This document shows, in pieces, positions 63,457 through 64,000 of a stretch of DNA of 64,000 nucleotides (positions are counted from its first letter, which is position 1; each line of letters opens with the position of its first letter). The translations under genes and the position numbers were made by a program. The stretch is from Clostridia bacterium. GTDB taxonomy: Bacteria > Bacillota > Clostridia > Oscillospirales > CAG-272. The notes below the pieces were generated by a model. It was not told the DNA's origin and did not search any database. It worked only from the letters and a program-made list of their open reading frames with translations. The stretch spans positions 27,899-91,898 of the forward strand of contig JAFSSP010000031.1 in assembly GCA_017450945.1 (NCBI GenBank), written 5' to 3'.

Positions 63457-64000
63457 TCAATCCTCGTCGTCGAGCTTGAGAACCGCCATAAAGGCCTCGG
63501 GAGAGACCTGGACAGAACCGAGCTGACGCATCTTCTTTTTGCCCTCTTTCTGCTTTTCGAGCAGCTTTTTCTTTCTGGTGATATCGCCGCCGTAGCACTT
63601 GGCAAGCACGTCTTTTCTCATGGCCTTGACCGTCTCGCGCGCGATGATCTTTGATCCGATGGCGGCCTGGATCGGAATTTCAAAGAGCTGTCTCGGAATG
63701 TTTTCCTTGAGCTTTTCGGCGATCTTCCGCGCGCGCGGATAGGCCTTGTCCTCGTGGACGATGAAAGAGAGCGCGTCGACCTGCTCGCCGTTGAGAAGGA
63801 AATCGAGTTTGACGAGCTTGGAAGGCTCGTAGCCTTTCAGCTCATAGTCAAGCGACGCATATCCCCTCGAACGGCTCTTGAGCGCGTCGAAAAAGTCGTA
63901 GATGATCTCGTTGAGCGGCAGGTCGTAGTGAAGCTCGACGCGTGTGGGATCGAGGTATTTCATATCCTTGAAAATGCCGCGGCGATCCTGGCAGAGATCC
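63457..64000 (-). CDS. lepA: Elongation factor 4 (LepA), C-terminal part; the ORF runs off the window
   Basis: LepA-specific C-terminal domain ([10 protein letters not shown]...[23 protein letters not shown]-like). Confidence 0.9.
   Translation of the reverse strand, partial: DLCQDRRGIFKDMKYLDPTRVELHYDLPLNEIIYDFFDALKSRSRGYASLDYELKGYEPSKLVKLDFLLNGEQVDALSFIVHEDKAYPRARKIAEKLKENIPRQLFEIPIQAAIGSKIIARETVKAMRKDVLAKCYGGDITRKKKLLEKQKEGKKKMRQLGSVQVSPEAFMAVLKLDDED

Overview
This is a chromosomal window from a GC-rich (by eye, not computed) Clostridia-type Firmicute. The taxonomic call rests on a T-box leader on valS, a Re-citrate-synthase/aconitase/IDH operon, rubredoxin, M23 and M50 membrane peptidases, and many near-consensus TTGACA-17-TATAAT promoters. 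I support about 55 protein genes, 2 tRNAs and 1 T-box riboswitch, and I see no rRNA, CRISPR array, transposase or integrase.

Most of the content is housekeeping: aroB plus chorismate mutase; three ABC importers (polar amino acid, Opp/Dpp-type peptide, potABCD); valS; rpmF/yceD; tmcAL; udp; deoD/deoC; nth; coaW; rqcH; rsmI; and the lepA 3' end.

Five regions deserve a second look:
1. 12.5-16.2 kb holds an orphan SOS-type switch. An XRE-HTH/S24 self-cleaving repressor is translationally coupled to an ABC-F ATPase. It faces, through interlocked promoters with palindromic operators, a small operon encoding a Zn-ribbon protein, a sigma-region-4-like protein and a 63-aa single-TM peptide.
2. 4.0-11.5 kb holds an ABC-2 exporter operon with two paralogous GldG-like accessory proteins and a 765-aa membrane-anchored protein.
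3. A sequence-conserved terminator-like hairpin occurs 9 times, each 6-19 nt after a stop codon. Three convergent gene pairs carry it as a ~165-bp two-hairpin composite.
4. A BspA-type LRR surface-protein gene is bracketed by mosaic repeats: ~90-nt direct repeats, a 68-nt module in opposite orientations, mini-hairpin arrays and a 150-bp MITE-like element.
5. Two tandem lipoproteins fuse LRR or Cys-rich modules to a cyclophilin domain.

All functional calls come from reading motifs in the supplied translations. No database search was run.
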